DNA of 64,000 nucleotides, from positions 1,054,001-1,118,000 of the forward strand of contig MU008155.1 of NCBI GenBank assembly GCA_010909165.1. Direction: 5' to 3'. The position numbers and the translations under genes are program-made. Shown here one piece after another: positions 10,924-21,767 of the stretch; positions within the stretch are counted from its first letter, which is position 1, and every line of letters begins with the position of its first letter. The stretch is from Anthoceros angustus. Its lineage: Eukaryota; Plantae; Anthocerotophyta. The notes under the pieces were generated by a model, which made no database searches, was not told where the DNA came from, and saw nothing but the letters and a program-made list of their open reading frames with translations.

Positions 10924-13138
10924 ATGGTGAGAATTGTGAGGACGGGTGGTGGCACCCCAACTCAAGGAGATGGGAAAAAGGCAGTGCCGCCCATACCTCC
11001 GAGTCGAGGCAAAGGCAAAAAGCATCCCATGCCTGAGTTCGACTGCCGCCCCATCCAAATTTCACCTCGAGATTTGGACGCTTTCGAGCGATATGCTAAG
11101 GAACTGAAGATGGAGTGGTTGTATTTGGTGCCTGGATGGCACTTTTCAAGCCCAGCATTGGTGCAGGAGTGTGCGCGACGGTTGCGAGCCACGAGAGGAG
11201 AAGCAAGGACGCCTGAGGATGTCACAGTCCGGAGTCACCCTGGAACGTGGAAGGTGCGCCATTTTCAGCAGACATATTTGATACCCAAGGCTTGTGCGCA
11301 CGAGGAAGGAATCATCCTATCGGCCCAGTTTTCTAAGAATCAGATCCCAAAAGCGGCCCATGGATATGTTCCTACGACCCAAAGAGGAAGTTTGGTCTCC
11401 TGGTAATGGTTGGCGAGTCTCCATGTTCAAGGAGAGGAAGTGGAACCTCTTCGCCAAGATTTGGTTGGGGTTGATTTGTGCAGCCAGGAAGACCTACATA
11501 GGTAATGCCCACCTTATGATGATCTATGAGATGTCCAAGGGCAAGGTGGTAGATTGGGCGAGCATTGTCTATGAGCAGGCGGTGGCTCATAGGAATCATT
11601 TGATGAGTGAGGAGGCCAAAATTAGTTTTGTCTCCACCTTCCTAGTGCATCTGTTCCACAGGGAGGAAGTTCTGAAGGAGGAAGAACTGGAGGAAGCTAA
11701 GATAGAAGCTTCCTTGGTCCGAGTGGTAGAAGGAGAGCCGTCTCTAGCTACAGAAGACCAAGAGGAGGTAGACCGCCGACCACCTAGGAAGAAACCACCA
11801 CCCCCAGCTCACCAGCATGAAGCTTGCGGGTCAAGAACCAAAAACGATAAAGGGAAAGAGAAGGAGCCTATGGCGCCTCCTACAGAGAAGGTAGGAAAGG
11901 ACTCTCGACCACCTACCAGAGGGCTTCACGTTGGTAAGCAGCTACCATCAACAGGAGAAGGACTGGTAGGAACCGAACCACCTGCGAAGGAGGTAGTTCG
12001 TACGGGAGGAGTTACAGCAGAAGAAGGACCTACGGTAGGGGAACAAGCTCCTACCGACGAAGGGCAGGATGGGCCTGTCGCCATGGAAGTAGAGGGCGAC
12101 AAGGAAGAACGCCGAGGAATGATGGTGACCTATGCACCAGCAGGAGGAGCAATAGGAGGTGTAATGAGAGCAGCTGGAGTCTTTCAGAGAATGGCTACCG
12201 AGCTGCAAGAGATTGGACTAGGGCCTGTAGATGCCCTGGTAGACAGTTTGAAAGAAGCGGCCGAAGTTCGTGCTGAACTTCGGGATATGAAGAAAGAACT
12301 GGAGGATGTAGAGAAGGTCCAAGATGAGCTTCCCAATCTCCTCATCTTTTTGCTTGGCATCTGTCACCAAGCGCTTCACTGCTGCTGCTGTGGCTCTTGC
12401 TTGTTCCTCCCTGAAGGTTTGTACTGCCTTCAGGGTATGTCGGACCGTCAGCACTTCCTTCCTGCTGTTCCTGGCTTCTGTCGCGTAGGCGTTGGCAAGG
12501 TGATTCGATTGCTGTCGCTGCTAGTCCAGGAGTTCCCTCGTGATGCGGAGCTCCTCCCTAAGTCCCTTAGCCACATTGTCCCACTCCTGCTTCTCGCTCG
12601 CTAGGCCATCGGATTTTCCTTTGTAGTACTCCTTTCGCTTGTCCATGGCCAGCAATCTCTTCTGTAGGAGGTCCTTTTCATCCTCAAGGTCCTTTCGGGC
12701 CTTGCTAGCGGTGATAGTGGTTGCCTCCTTCTCCCTGCTCACTTCTCCTACCCTTTCCAGGGCCGTTCTCAAACGCTCCTCCTTTTGGTTTTTGGCGGCT
12801 TCCATCTCTTCAGCCTTCCTGGCTGAACTGGCTTCCCTCCCTAAGACTTGGTCTATCATTCCCACACATTCACCAACTTGGTGGTGATTCTATCTCGCTC
12901 CTTGGCCAAGTCTAGGACATAGTGTTGCTTCTCGGAGGTCGTCTTTGAGGCTCCCTTGAGCGTCAACCCACTACGAGTTAGAATCATGGACGCACAGAAG
13001 AGGGAAAGTGGCAGAGTGGCCACTTACTACAACAACCTCCTGAAAATTATTGAAGAAAGATACAATGAGGAGAAAGAGGAAACAGATCTAGCCGTCCTAA
13101 AGCCCGAGGGCATGGCAGCTTTGGAGACTGTGACCGGA
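10924..13138 (+). pseudogene. Retrotransposon accessory protein (plant-transposon/PMD-like N-domain, acidic linker, long coiled coil), antisense to the LTR; frameshifted, with an internal inversion and 3' truncation
   Basis: ORFs 10870-11406, 11294-~12316, inverted 12316-12968 and 12969-13138. Motifs TVRSHPGTW, NGWRV, GKVVDWASIV and SFVSTFLVHLF recall accessory ORFs of bryophyte Gypsy elements. Confidence 0.55.
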
Positions 13139-14129
13139 TGTAGAATTTATATTTTATATTAAATTATTAAATTATTGTTATAATAATTTATATATTTATA
13201 AATCTTATATAATAATATTCAACCAAAATACTATCAATAATAATTTAAATAATATCAAGTAAAATAATATTGTTCAAATCCACTGAAGTCATATTGTGCA
13301 TTAACAAATTGGGTACACTTGATGTATTTCTAGTCTTGTCACACTAGTAGTTTATGTCATGGCCAGTTGCCCGTGAACGGACAAGCTAGTTAGGGATCTA
13401 GGCATGATGAATATGTATTGAGCCAGCTGATCGGTGGCGGGAACGGCCATAAGCATATAAGTATGAGATTTAGGCAAAAGAGGCCAATGCAAGAATATAA
13501 GGATGAGACTTAGGTAGAGGAGGCTAGCTTAGGCAAGAAAGAAGATGCATCCAAATAGCTGCAGCTAGAAGTAGATGAAGTTTAGGTTAGACTAACCATA
13601 GTTTTATAAACTAACTAGTCTGGCCACGTCTTGTAGACAGGCCGGGATACAAGAGGCCGCACCTGCGGCAAGGAAGCTCTCTCCATTCGGTAAGCTTCCC
13701 TGCGGCAAGGACGCTCTCTCCATTCGGTAAGCTTCCGAAAGTGAGTGATTCCCCAAAGCACAAAGCATGCTTACATTTTATCCATCCATAAGTGCTCTGT
13801 ATAACAAGTTTGTAATTGTATTTTGATCGGAAACTGATTTATTTCCAAAAATTCACATCAAGCTGTCATTACTAGAAAAACCTTCTTCAACTATGTCATA
13901 CAGGACTAGGTTAGGATTAACTTTAGCACTAGTTAGTGTAGTTCTCCTAGTTTTCTATGCACGCCTGATTCCCTAGTGTGAGTTCTACCGGTCGAGACTA
14001 CCTGTTCTGTACTGGTAATGGTAACTAAGCAATAACTGTTGCTAAGTCCCTCCTTCAGTAATACTTTTCCTACTACCAACCTCTCTAGGTTATCCTTAGT
14101 AGTTGCTTTAGACCATGACACTTTCTACA
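13139..14129. repeat. LTR-like segment (991 bp)
   Basis: Ends TGTAGAA...TTCTACA (7-bp inverted); composition changes abruptly at 13139, where the upstream ORF is cut. The flanks (CCGGA/AGAGT) are not a TSD. Confidence 0.5.
13662..13735 (+). repeat. 2 x 37-bp tandem direct repeat
   Basis: CCTGCGGCAAGGA(A/C)GCTCTCTCCATTCGGTAAGCTTC twice. Confidence 0.9.
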
Positions 14130-16172
14130 AGAGTTTCGAATGCAAGGTATGGACTTCAATCTTTGTGTTTAGTTTTTGCAAGTGGTAAGTTATTTTATGT
14201 GCTCATATTTTTGCAAGACGTATGTTCTAAGTTAAAACGTGCTCATGGAAATATAGAATACACTCAAGGATCTGGAGATATAGGTTATAGAGGCAGTTAT
14301 CTCCTTAGTGATGATATATTTGATTAATTTGTATTCATTTTTTGCAAGCGGTATGTTTCTATCGTAAAAACTTGCTCATTGAAGTACAGAATACGTTTAA
14401 AAATACTCAAAGGTCATTGATGGAGGTACCTCCTTGATGATTAAGAGCTGTGGCGAGCCTAGGTAGTAAGCTTGTCGTTGAGTCAAGGGCAGTAGCCAGT
14501 TAGGCGTAGATAGCCAGACTCAAGTGTGCATTCTATGAATAAAGAGCAGCACCTTGATGAGGTGGTCTGCGGGTCGTTAGTTGACAGCAGGCTACTTGGA
14601 GCTCCGTCGTGAGATCGAGAGCACTGAGAGTTGTACAAGTCTCAATGTGGAGTGAATTGGCGAGGTTCTAGACCGCTGTGAAGCCAGCACTTGCCGCTTC
14701 CTTACTGGCCGCATAGGGGGGCATTACTTTGTAGTATCATAGCTAATTTTAAGCTTAGAGATGGCTTGTTGATTTTTGGATTTGTAGTTTCTTGAAGGGT
14801 GAATTGTAGCATGCTGTGTCATTGCCTTGTTTAATGAGCTTGATGAGAGGAAGAATGTGAAGCACCTTCAAATATGTACTACCGGCTTTGAACGGGTTTC
14901 CTTCACGCACTCGTGTTCGGTTTCATAAGAGAAGCAGTGAGAAGGAGGAAGCTTTGCACAATTTTCATCCGTAGACATTACTTGGTTGGCCACCTTGTTT
15001 GGTACACACACCAGATGCAAGGATGGGGAAAACACCGTCTTGAACATGTACCATGCTAACATCCAGGGCCACGCACGACGGTGAGAGGGAAATATAGTCT
15101 TGAACAACTAACATGCCCACACTCGGGGGCTTGGCGCGGGGCTGAGACATGTCCGATCCGACATATATGTCCATGTGTGGTGCAGGCAAACCCTAAACAT
15201 GAGTATGTGTGTTTGACAAAAATCCTAAATGGCAGAAATAAAAGTAGATGACGAGATCGGAACACCAGGGGGCAAGCTGCGAGACAAAAAAAAGTTTTTG
15301 GTGCCTACGACCCGTCGTGCGGCTGATGTGGCCCGTATGTGATGAAGGAATCTTGAAGATGTCTGGGCATCTTCATGTAGAATACTGGAGAAAAAAAACT
15401 TGTCACACAGACCCTGCCCCGTGATGAGATCGGTATTCCATACCATTGCCTATTAGGTTAGGTGAATAGTCTCACTTCCAGGGTATATAAGTTAGATGCT
15501 GTATTGCTTATAATACACATGCAGCAAAGATAGTTTGTAGATAACTCAGCTAGTGATAGTTTATAGATAACTCAACTAATGTATAGATGTTATGTATATT
15601 TCTTTGATGAAATAATATAAGCATACCCTTACTATAGGGATTTAACCTAAGGAGATTGCCAATGACCGGTGTTGGAATTACGTCCGTATGGCTGAAGCCA
15701 GCGACAAACAGACAAAGAGTGCAGGGATGACAGCTGCCTAAGAAGAAAAGCGTCAAAGAGAGCTCGCATTTGTTATTGGCGACAACTAACATTTCTCTCT
15801 ATCTCAAAGGGCTAAGGGCGATAACATGATCAAAAACCAAAACTAGTACTGGCGTCGCTTTTGCAAGCTCAGAGATTCCAGAAACGACTTGCACTGAAAA
15901 AGCTTGCAACTGTATTTTGGACCAGCTGACGAACAGAACAGGAGTTGCAGGCAAAACAGGTGGGTTTGATTATCCTCAACACATGGTTCATTACACTTTC
16001 GGCACATCCAGTTCTCCAGCGTGGTGTTTCCAGGTGTGTAATGAAGATTCGGGAAACTCAAGATGCCTCAAGGGCTCCTTCAGCAGGCGTTGGAGAGATC
16101 GCTTCAAAAAACCTGCAGGTATCTGAAGTACAAGCATCCGGGTCAGAGTTCTTCCTGCTGAACAGTCACTGA

Positions 16173-16343
16173 CGTAAGCGTTGTTCTCCCAACACTTTGT
16201 TCAGGATCCAAGAGCCTGTCCTCCGGATAATCTTGCGTTGTCCTCCCAACAACTTGTTCAGGATCCGAGAGCCTGTGCTCCGGATAAACTTGCGTTTGCC
16301 TCCCAACAATTTGTTCGGGATCCGAGAGCCTGGTCTCCGGATA
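16173..16343 (-). repeat. 3 x 57-bp coding tandem repeat (19 aa)
   Basis: YPETRLSDPEQIVGRQTQV / YPEHRLSDPEQVVGRTTQD / YPEDRLLDPEQSVGRTTLT. Confidence 0.9.
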
Positions 16344-16699
16344 AATTTGGCTCCTAACAACAGAGGCACCAATGCGAAATCCTGGCCAAAGCATGAATGC
16401 CACTTTCTGAGGTACTGATTTGCTGCCGACGGGATGATACTGCTTCACCACACTCTGCATGTAGGCTGCATCAAAATCACTACCTGCTCTCACCTACAAT
16501 GTCCGATTTGTTAATGGGCAGAGATGTTTGAAAAACAGTAACCTATGGATAAAATAGCAGCAAGCACAGCAACCACAACAAGGATGTGAATATGCGGGCC
16601 AGAGGCAGTTACCTTAACCAGAGAGCAAGGTTGCTCAAAGCTGGAGACAAGAAGGTGAGAGAGCCATACACAAATGAGCAACGAGAGAAGCGTGTTGCC

Positions 16700-16963
16700 T
16701 GATAGGAATAGTACATATTGTATTAGTATGTAATGTTAGTGGTCACTATAAAGCTAAGGTTATGGCAAGTCCTAGGGATGTGTGGTCTATGATGTAGCAC
16801 TATAATAGTATAGTGGTCACTCCAGTATAAAAGGGATCACTCCGAGACTGTCTAGAATAATCATTGTTACAGGCTCTCTAGTGTTCTTTGTTGTAACCTC
16901 TGTGCTTCCTTCTTACGCTATAAAGTCTCTCTTATATTTTCATGATCCTGTGGATTCCTATCA
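16700..16963 (+). repeat. 5' LTR
   Basis: TG...CA ends; matches 21503-21767 apart from a few small differences. Confidence 0.95.
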
Positions 16964-16975
16964 TGGTATCAGAGC
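16964..16975 (+). promoter_or_regulatory. PBS (tRNA-iMet); second copy at 17050-17061
   Basis: TGGTATCAGAGC directly after the LTR. Confidence 0.95.
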
Positions 16976-17242
16976 AATAGGTTTCTAAGATGCGTCTAAT
17001 CAACGTATCTTAGGTTTTGAGGTTTCTGACATCCTGTGGATTCCTATCATGGTATCAGAGCAATGTTGGGCTGTTTTTTTTTTTTTTGGGCTGATGTTGT
17101 TCCAGCCGAGGTTCTTTGAGTGGGTGACTTTGTTTGAGGGTGTGTGGCTGATGTCGTTCCAGCCTTAACGGTGAGATCGTTATTGTGTTTGTTTTTTTCA
17201 GGTTTTTATTATTTATTATCTATCTATTTATTATCTATTATT

Positions 17243-20200
17243 ATGGCTCAAGAGCGTGAGACCTTTTTTCGGATACCTAAATTTAATGGTTCCAATTTTT
17301 CTTTTTGGAAGTTTCGTATAAAAGTAGCTCTTATGGATGATTGGCCTATTGTTGAGGGTACTGAGGCTTATCCTCAAAATGGTACCCCAGCAGAACAATT
17401 ATCATGGAGACAAAGAAATTCAAAAGCTCTAATGCTGATTATTGGGTCTATTGAGGATCGGTGTCTTGGTCAACTTATGACCAAGACTACAGCTGCTGAG
17501 GTTTGGCAGGTGTTACTGTCTTCGTATGAACAACGTGGCTTAGCCCATTCTCAGGCTAATCTTGCCAAGCTTATAGACTTTAAGATGGGGGCTTCTCAGA
17601 CCATCAAGGAATTTATTGACCAATTTACTACTATTATTGTTGATTGTTTGGCTTCTGGATTAGAGGTGCCCTTGGAAATGCAAATTTTCCATCTTCTAAG
17701 GGCATTGCCTTCCTCCTATGAGGCTTTTCGATTATCTTTTAATAATGGAGCCCTTCCTGCCACTATTGAAGCTTTGCGGGAGTTGTTGCTTGTGGAAGAG
17801 TTACGCCAGAAGAGAACACGATCTGATTCTGGTACAGATGAGGCCTTGATTGGGTATCAAGCGAAAAGGCCACGTCGAGCTCCGAGTGGCGATTGGCGTC
17901 CTCTGGCGGGTAACTCTTCGTCGTCTGCAGTACATCAATATTCTGGGGCGTCACCTCGTCCGCCAAGGTCTATTATTTGCTTTAGGTGTCATCGGCCGGG
18001 ACATATGGCCCGTTTCTGTCGTTTTTCTTCATCTGCTCCTTCTTATCAGAGCAATCTTGCTCTGACACATGAAGCATTTATCTCTTCTCCGACAGTCCCT
18101 TTACAATCTTCTTCTTCTTCCGACTTTTCTCTTCTTGCTCTTTTAAGTGCTGGAAGTTCTGTCGACAGTGAATGGTATATTGATTCTGGTGCGTCTCAAC
18201 ATATGACTGGTCGGCGGGACTTGTTTTCCACATTTCGTCCGCAATCTGAGGGTCAACAAGTGTATCTTGGTGATAACTCTTCTCATCGGATTGAGGGTGT
18301 TGGTGATATTGGGGTTGTGCAATCTGATGGCACAACTACATATCTTCGTGACGTATTATATGTTCCTGGTTTACAAAAGAATCTATTGTCTGTTCGAGCG
18401 ATGTGTCAACTTGGTTTATCTGTTGAATTTCATTCTGATCGTTGTTCTATTAAACGACTTTCTACTCAGGATGTTGTTGCTACCGGCCATCCTGTTGGAC
18501 AATTATATAAGCTGGACTGCAAGGGAATTCAACCACATGTGAAGGGTTATTATGCAGAATTGCCATTATAGCAATTATGGCACTTTCGTTTGGGTCATGT
18601 GCATCCACGGAAGGTTCTTCAGACTGCTCACTATTATGGTTTTTATGTTCCTTCTTTACAAAAGCATTCTATTTGTTCGGATTGTGTTTTTGGAAAGCAT
18701 CGGCGTAAAGTGTTTCCTGTTCATCCTAATTCTAGAGCGTCTATGTTATTAGCTCTTGTTCATTCTGATGTTTGTGGACCTTTTTCTTATACTTCTTTTC
18801 AAGGGTTTTGCTACTTTGTTACTTTTCTTGATGATTTTTCCCGTCATGTTCAAGTTTATTTCTTACATGATCGTTCGGAGGTGTTTGACAAGTTCAAGCT
18901 CTTTAAGACCTATTCTGAGCGTTTTACTGGTCACAAACTCAAAATACTACGTACAGATAATGGAGGAGAGTATACCTCACGTGTTTTTCAAGATTATCTA
19001 TCCTGTTTTGGCATTCAACATCAGACTAGTATTCCATATTCTCCCCAACAAAATGGACGTGCCGAGATTCAGAATAAAATTCTTGTTGGTGCTGCTCGTT
19101 GTATGTTATTTCACATGAGTGTGGCTCCTCAGTTTTGGGCTGAGGCTATTCAAACAGCTGCTTATGTTCTGAATCGGGTTGTTTCGGATGTTTTATGTGG
19201 TCAAACTCCTCGCGTGTGGACTTATTCCTTCTTTGGATCTTCGGTTTTGGGTGTGTTGCATACGCATATTCCAAAAGAGAAGAGGTCTAAGCTAGATAAA
19301 CGGAGTATTCAATGTATCTTTCTTGGTTCTTATGAAAATTCTTGAACAGGTTATTTAATCCACGAACACGACAAATTATTTTTAGTCGCGATGTTATTTT
19401 TTGTGAGAATTTGTCATGGAAGGATATTATATATCATTCTGGTCAATCGTCTGTGGAAGCTGATGACTTTGTTTTCCGTGAGTTTCCCTCTTTGCTACCC
19501 ACATCAGATAATGCTCCTTATCTGTTTGATGAGGTTTTGGGTGCAGATCTTGCTGATCAGCTGGGGAATGATTCTCTTGTTTCTGCTGATTTGGATTCTA
19601 TTTCTGAGCATGATGAGGAGGATATTCTTGAAGCTCCTTCAACAGCTCTTCCTTCTCCTCCTCATAATGAGCAGTTTCCTAAGTCTCAAATGAATGTGCC
19701 TCGTCGGTCTGGACGTTTACGTACTCCTTCTCGACGACAACTTGAATCTTTTGAGACTCAGGATTTTGTTGCTCTTCTTTCCGCTCCTTTGCCTGAGCCT
19801 CAATCTCTTGCTGAGGCTCAAGCTTCTTCGATTGGCCACTTTGGGAGAAAGCTTTGCAAGAAGAATGGGATTCTTCTTTAACAATACATGGGATGTTGTT
19901 TCACTTCCCCGTGACGGAAACTAGTTGGTTGTAAATGGGTTGTCAAGATCAAATATAATGCTGATGGTACTATAGAACGTTATAAAGCATTGGTTGCCAA
20001 AGGCTATTCGAGTTGAGGATATTGATTATAAGCACTTTTTCTCCGTAGTTAAACTACCTTGCTCGGTTCTTCTTGCTCGCTACTCATTTTGATCTTGAAA
20101 TGTGTCAAATGGATGTTAAGACCGCTTTTAAATGGTGATCCGATGAAGAGATCTATATGGAGCAACCTTTACCATTTAATGATTCTATGCATCATGACTT

Positions 20201-21351
20201 ACAACTGGTTTGGTTTGTTTGATTACGTAAGAGTATTTATGGCTTGAAACAGCTCCTCGTGCATGGAATTTGAAATTACATTCTGTCCTTGTTGCACATG
20301 GTTTTATTCGGAGTGTTGCTGATACCAGTCTATATGTTTTGCGTCAACAAGATTCATATCTCTATTTGGGTGTATATGTTGATGATCTTATTCTAGTTTC
20401 CCCTCAATTGCGTCTTTTTCATTGGGTTTTCAAAATTCTTTCCACCATTTTTGATATGAAGTCTCTTGGTGCTCTGGGCTATTTCCTTGGAGTTCGCCTT
20501 ATACGGGATCGGTCACGTCGTCTTATGTGGCTTTCTCAAGATAAATATCTTGAGAATATTTTACAGCGTTTTCGTATGGAAAATTCTCGTCCTGTCTCTA
20601 CTCCTTTGGTGCCTTCTTCTTTTGATCTAACTGATGACACTTCCTCTTTACTTCCTTCTCAACATGTGGAGCGATATCAACAGGTTGTTGGTTCTCTTAT
20701 GTATGCTTCTCTATCTTCACGACTGATTTAACATCCTCTAATGTTTTATGTCGACATACTACTCGACCTTCCACACTTCATTGGCAATGGGTTAAGCGTG
20801 TTTTACGCTATCTACGGGGCTTTGTTAACTATGGTTTATGTTTTGGTGACGCTTCTATCACAACAAATGCTCCTTCATGTCTGGTTGGTTATTGTCATTC
20901 TGATTGGGCTGGTGACCGACCATCTCGACGATCTACTTCTGGATATGCTTTTTATGTTTTTAATGCTCTTGTTAGCTGGAGTACTAAGACACAACCTACT
21001 GTCGCTCTTTCTTCTCTGGAGTATATGTCTGCTTCTTATGCTACTAAAGAGGCTGTTTGGTTGCGTCTTCTATTACATGAGCTTGGCTATCCTCAGATAA
21101 AGCCTACTTCTTTGTATACAGATAGTCAAAGTAGTGTTAAGGTGGCTCATAATCCAGAATTTCATCAACGGATGAAACATATAGATATCCAACATCATTA
21201 CATCCGTGAGAAAGTTGAAGAGGGTGTCATTGATCTTCAATACATTCCTGCCACTTCCATGGTTGCAGATGGGTTCACCAAGATTCTTCCCATTACCAAG
21301 TTTCAACAGTTTTTACAGTCTTTACGTGTAGTTCCTGTGCCAAGTTCTTAA
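17243..21351 (+). pseudogene. Copia gag-pol polyprotein; in-frame TAG at 18569 and frameshifts mostly in the RT/RNase H half
   Basis: IPKFNGSNFSFWK, CFRCHRPGHMARFC knuckle, WYIDSGASQHMT protease, HSDVCGP/RTDNGGEY/QNGRAE integrase, YVDDL RT, KHIDIQHHYIRE/ADGFTK RNase H. Confidence 0.95.
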
Positions 21352-21490
21352 GTCTCTTCTTCAGTGCAGGCTAGTTTTTCCAGGTGTGGCCTCTAAGCAT
21401 GGCTTTTTCCTCTTGATTGTTGTTTTTTCCCTACAGGGTTTTTGCTATTCTTGAGGTTTTTTACTGCCGCTTAGAGTGCTCCCTTAGTTT

Positions 21491-21502
21491 AAGGGGAGGG
21501 AA
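21491..21502 (+). promoter_or_regulatory. Polypurine tract
   Basis: AAGGGGAGGGAA immediately before the 3' LTR. Confidence 0.9.
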
Positions 21503-21767
21503 TGATAGGAATAGTACATATTGTATTAGTATGTAATGTTAGTGGTCACTATAAAGCTAAGGTTATGGCAAGTCCTAGGGATGTGTGGTCTATGATGTAG
21601 CACTATAATAGTATAGTGGTCACTCCAGGGTATAAAGGGATCACTTGAGACTGTCTAGAATAATCATTGTTACAGGCTCTCTAGTGTTCTTTGTTGTAAC
21701 CTCTGTGCTTCCTTTCTTCTGCTATAAAGTCTCTCTTATATTTTCATGATCCTGTGGATTCCTATCA
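21503..21767 (+). repeat. 3' LTR
   Basis: Copy of 16700-16963. Confidence 0.95.

Larger units (their letters stand above)
16700..21767 (+). mobile_element. Full-length Ty1/Copia LTR retrotransposon with 5-bp TSD TTGCC
   Basis: Near-identical LTRs at 16700-16963 and 21503-21767 (TGATAGG...CCTATCA); PBS 16964-16975; PPT 21491-21502; TTGCC at 16695-16699 and 21768-21772; domain order gag-PR-INT-RT-RH. Confidence 0.97.

Noticed and set aside
12320-12604. Cys-rich C-terminus of the 436-aa ORF as a metal-binding domain
   Set aside because: It is the antisense reading of the inverted coiled-coil segment.
13662-13735. 37-bp direct repeats resembling a CRISPR repeat
   Set aside because: Only two abutting copies, no spacer, no cas genes, and a eukaryotic LTR context.
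13139-14129. Solo LTR
   Set aside because: The flanking 5-mers differ and the interrupted ORF does not resume, so it is kept only as LTR-like.
16173-16343. 57-bp repeats as a possible CRISPR array
   Set aside because: They are in-frame coding tandem repeats with no unique spacers.
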